From the NCBI GenBank assembly GCA_001873295.1, contig MNYW01000026.1, positions 1 to 47,205 on the forward strand: a stretch of 47,205 nt of DNA, given 5' to 3'. The DNA is from Nitrospirae bacterium CG2_30_70_394 (GTDB lineage: Bacteria; CG2-30-53-67; CG2-30-70-394). Positions 46,189-47,205 of this stretch are shown here, piece after piece; the first letter of the stretch is position 1, and each line of letters begins with the position of its first letter. The position numbers were made by a program, and so were the translations under genes. Under the pieces are notes generated by a model. The model searched no databases and was not told where the DNA came from. It saw nothing but the letters and a program-made list of their open reading frames with translations.

Positions 46189-47205
46189 CTACGGTTGTTC
46201 CGTCACCGCGTCGTCGCGGTGGTGGGAGCCGAGGGAGGCGGTGCGGGCGAGGGCGGCCTGGCAGATCAAGCGGCTCACCATGATCGCGTTGCCGGTCTCC
46301 GCCACCAGGCGGTCGGCCGGGTAGCGCTCGTGGGGCAGCTCCAGCTTGGCGAGGGCGGCGTCGGCGGCAATGAGCCCGTCGGCGGTGCGGTGGATCCCGG
46401 CGAACTCCCACATGATCGTGCGCGCTTGGCGCTGGCGGCCGGCGTAGTCGATCTCCAGGATCGGCGCCGGTGGCTCGTAGAAGCCGGCGTTGCGCAGGGT
46501 GGGGAAGGCGACCTCGCTGGCAAGGATCGCGCGCGCCGCGCGCTCGCCGAAGACCAGCCCCTCCAAGAGCGAGTTGCTCGCCAGACGGTTGGCGCCGTGG
46601 ACGCCGGTGCACGCCACCTCGCCGCAGGCGTAGAGGCCGGGGAGGTCGGTGGCGCCGTCGAGGTCGGTGACCACCCCGCCCATCATGAAGTGGGCCGCGG
46701 GGGCCACCGGGATTGGCTGGCTGCGCATGTCGATGCCGTAGCCTTGGCACGCCTGAAAGATCGTGGGGAAGCGCTTCGGCAACAGCTCTGCGCCGAGGTG
46801 GCGGCAATCGAGAAAGACCGGCTGGCCGCCGTGGCGCGCCATCTCGTTGTAGATCGCGCGGGCGACCACGTCGCGTGGCGCCAGGTCGCCGTCCGGGTGG
46901 CGGCCGACCATGAACCGTTCGCCCTCTTGGTTGATCAGCCGGGCGCCTTCGCCGCGCATCGACTCGGAGATGAGGAAGGCGGGGACGCCGGCGAGGTGCA
47001 GGGCGGTGGGGTGGAACTGGACGAACTCCAAATCGCGCAGGGTGGCGCCGGCGCGGTGCGCCATGGCGAGGCCGTCGCCGGTGGCCACTGCCGGGTTGGA
47101 GGTGTACCGGTAGAGCTGCCCGACGCCGCCGGTGGCGAGGACCACCGCGCGCGCCAGCAACAGCCGCTCGCGGCCATTGGTCTGATCCACTAGCCAGACG
47201 CCCAG
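46189..47205 (-). CDS. nadB: L-aspartate oxidase, 5'-truncated by the window edge
   Basis: Motifs seen: VVLATGGVGQLY, FVQFHPTAL, ISESMRGEGA, HFMMGGV, and GANRLASNSLLEGLVFG. The frame stays open to base 47205. Confidence 0.9.
   Translation of the reverse strand: MGVWLVDQTNGRERLLLARAVVLATGGVGQLYRYTSNPAVATGDGLAMAHRAGATLRDLEFVQFHPTALHLAGVPAFLISESMRGEGARLINQEGERFMVGRHPDGDLAPRDVVARAIYNEMARHGGQPVFLDCRHLGAELLPKRFPTIFQACQGYGIDMRSQPIPVAPAAHFMMGGVVTDLDGATDLPGLYACGEVACTGVHGANRLASNSLLEGLVFGERAARAILASEVAFPTLRNAGFYEPPAPILEIDYAGRQRQARTIMWEFAGIHRTADGLIAADAALAKLELPHERYPADRLVAETGNAIMVSRLICQAALARTASLGSHHRDDAVTEQP

Overview
A 47.2-kb, densely coded bacterial chromosomal segment with high G+C (about 70% by eye). 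No phylum can be assigned from the sequence alone.

Most genes are housekeeping:
- A TRAP permease 3' fragment, xseA, a class-I glutamine amidotransferase, and a COG2509-type FAD protein.
- A complete minus-strand SUF operon (rrf2-sufB-sufC-sufD-sufS-sufU-sufT).
- dusB followed by an NtrB-like histidine kinase, then a FixI/CcoI-type P1B ATPase.
- guaA, ATP sulfurylase (sat), a NUDIX hydrolase, and lemA.
- A chrB-chrA-chrB-C-domain chromate module.
- tRNA-His, tRNA-Lys and tRNA-Leu followed by tig-clpP-clpX.
- An orphan DppC-like permease and a 5'-truncated nadB.

No CRISPR array, transposase, integrase, rRNA or recognisable defence system was seen.

The loci most worth follow-up:
1. An Rrf2-regulated operon, divergent from sat, encodes an IscS/NifS homologue, IscU, TusA and a DsrE-family protein. 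The IscS/NifS homologue has Arg in place of the PLP-binding Lys; the SufS in this same window keeps the Lys.
2. A translationally coupled three-gene cell-wall module encodes a LysM + PG_binding_1 protein, an OmpA-like protein with a PG_binding_1 module nested inside the OmpA fold, and a protein with a C-terminal metzincin HExxHxxGxxH motif.
3. A roughly 160-bp MITE-like element sits in-frame inside the P-type ATPase and also occurs as an intergenic copy.
4. At least two further families of GC-rich modular intergenic repeats and hairpin elements are present.
5. A lower-G+C single-gene islet encodes a 641-aa protein whose only recognisable part is a C-terminal lytic transglycosylase domain.
6. 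A 782-aa protein fuses an acyltransferase to an alpha/beta-hydrolase.

All family calls come from motif recognition by eye. Novelty cannot be established without database searches.
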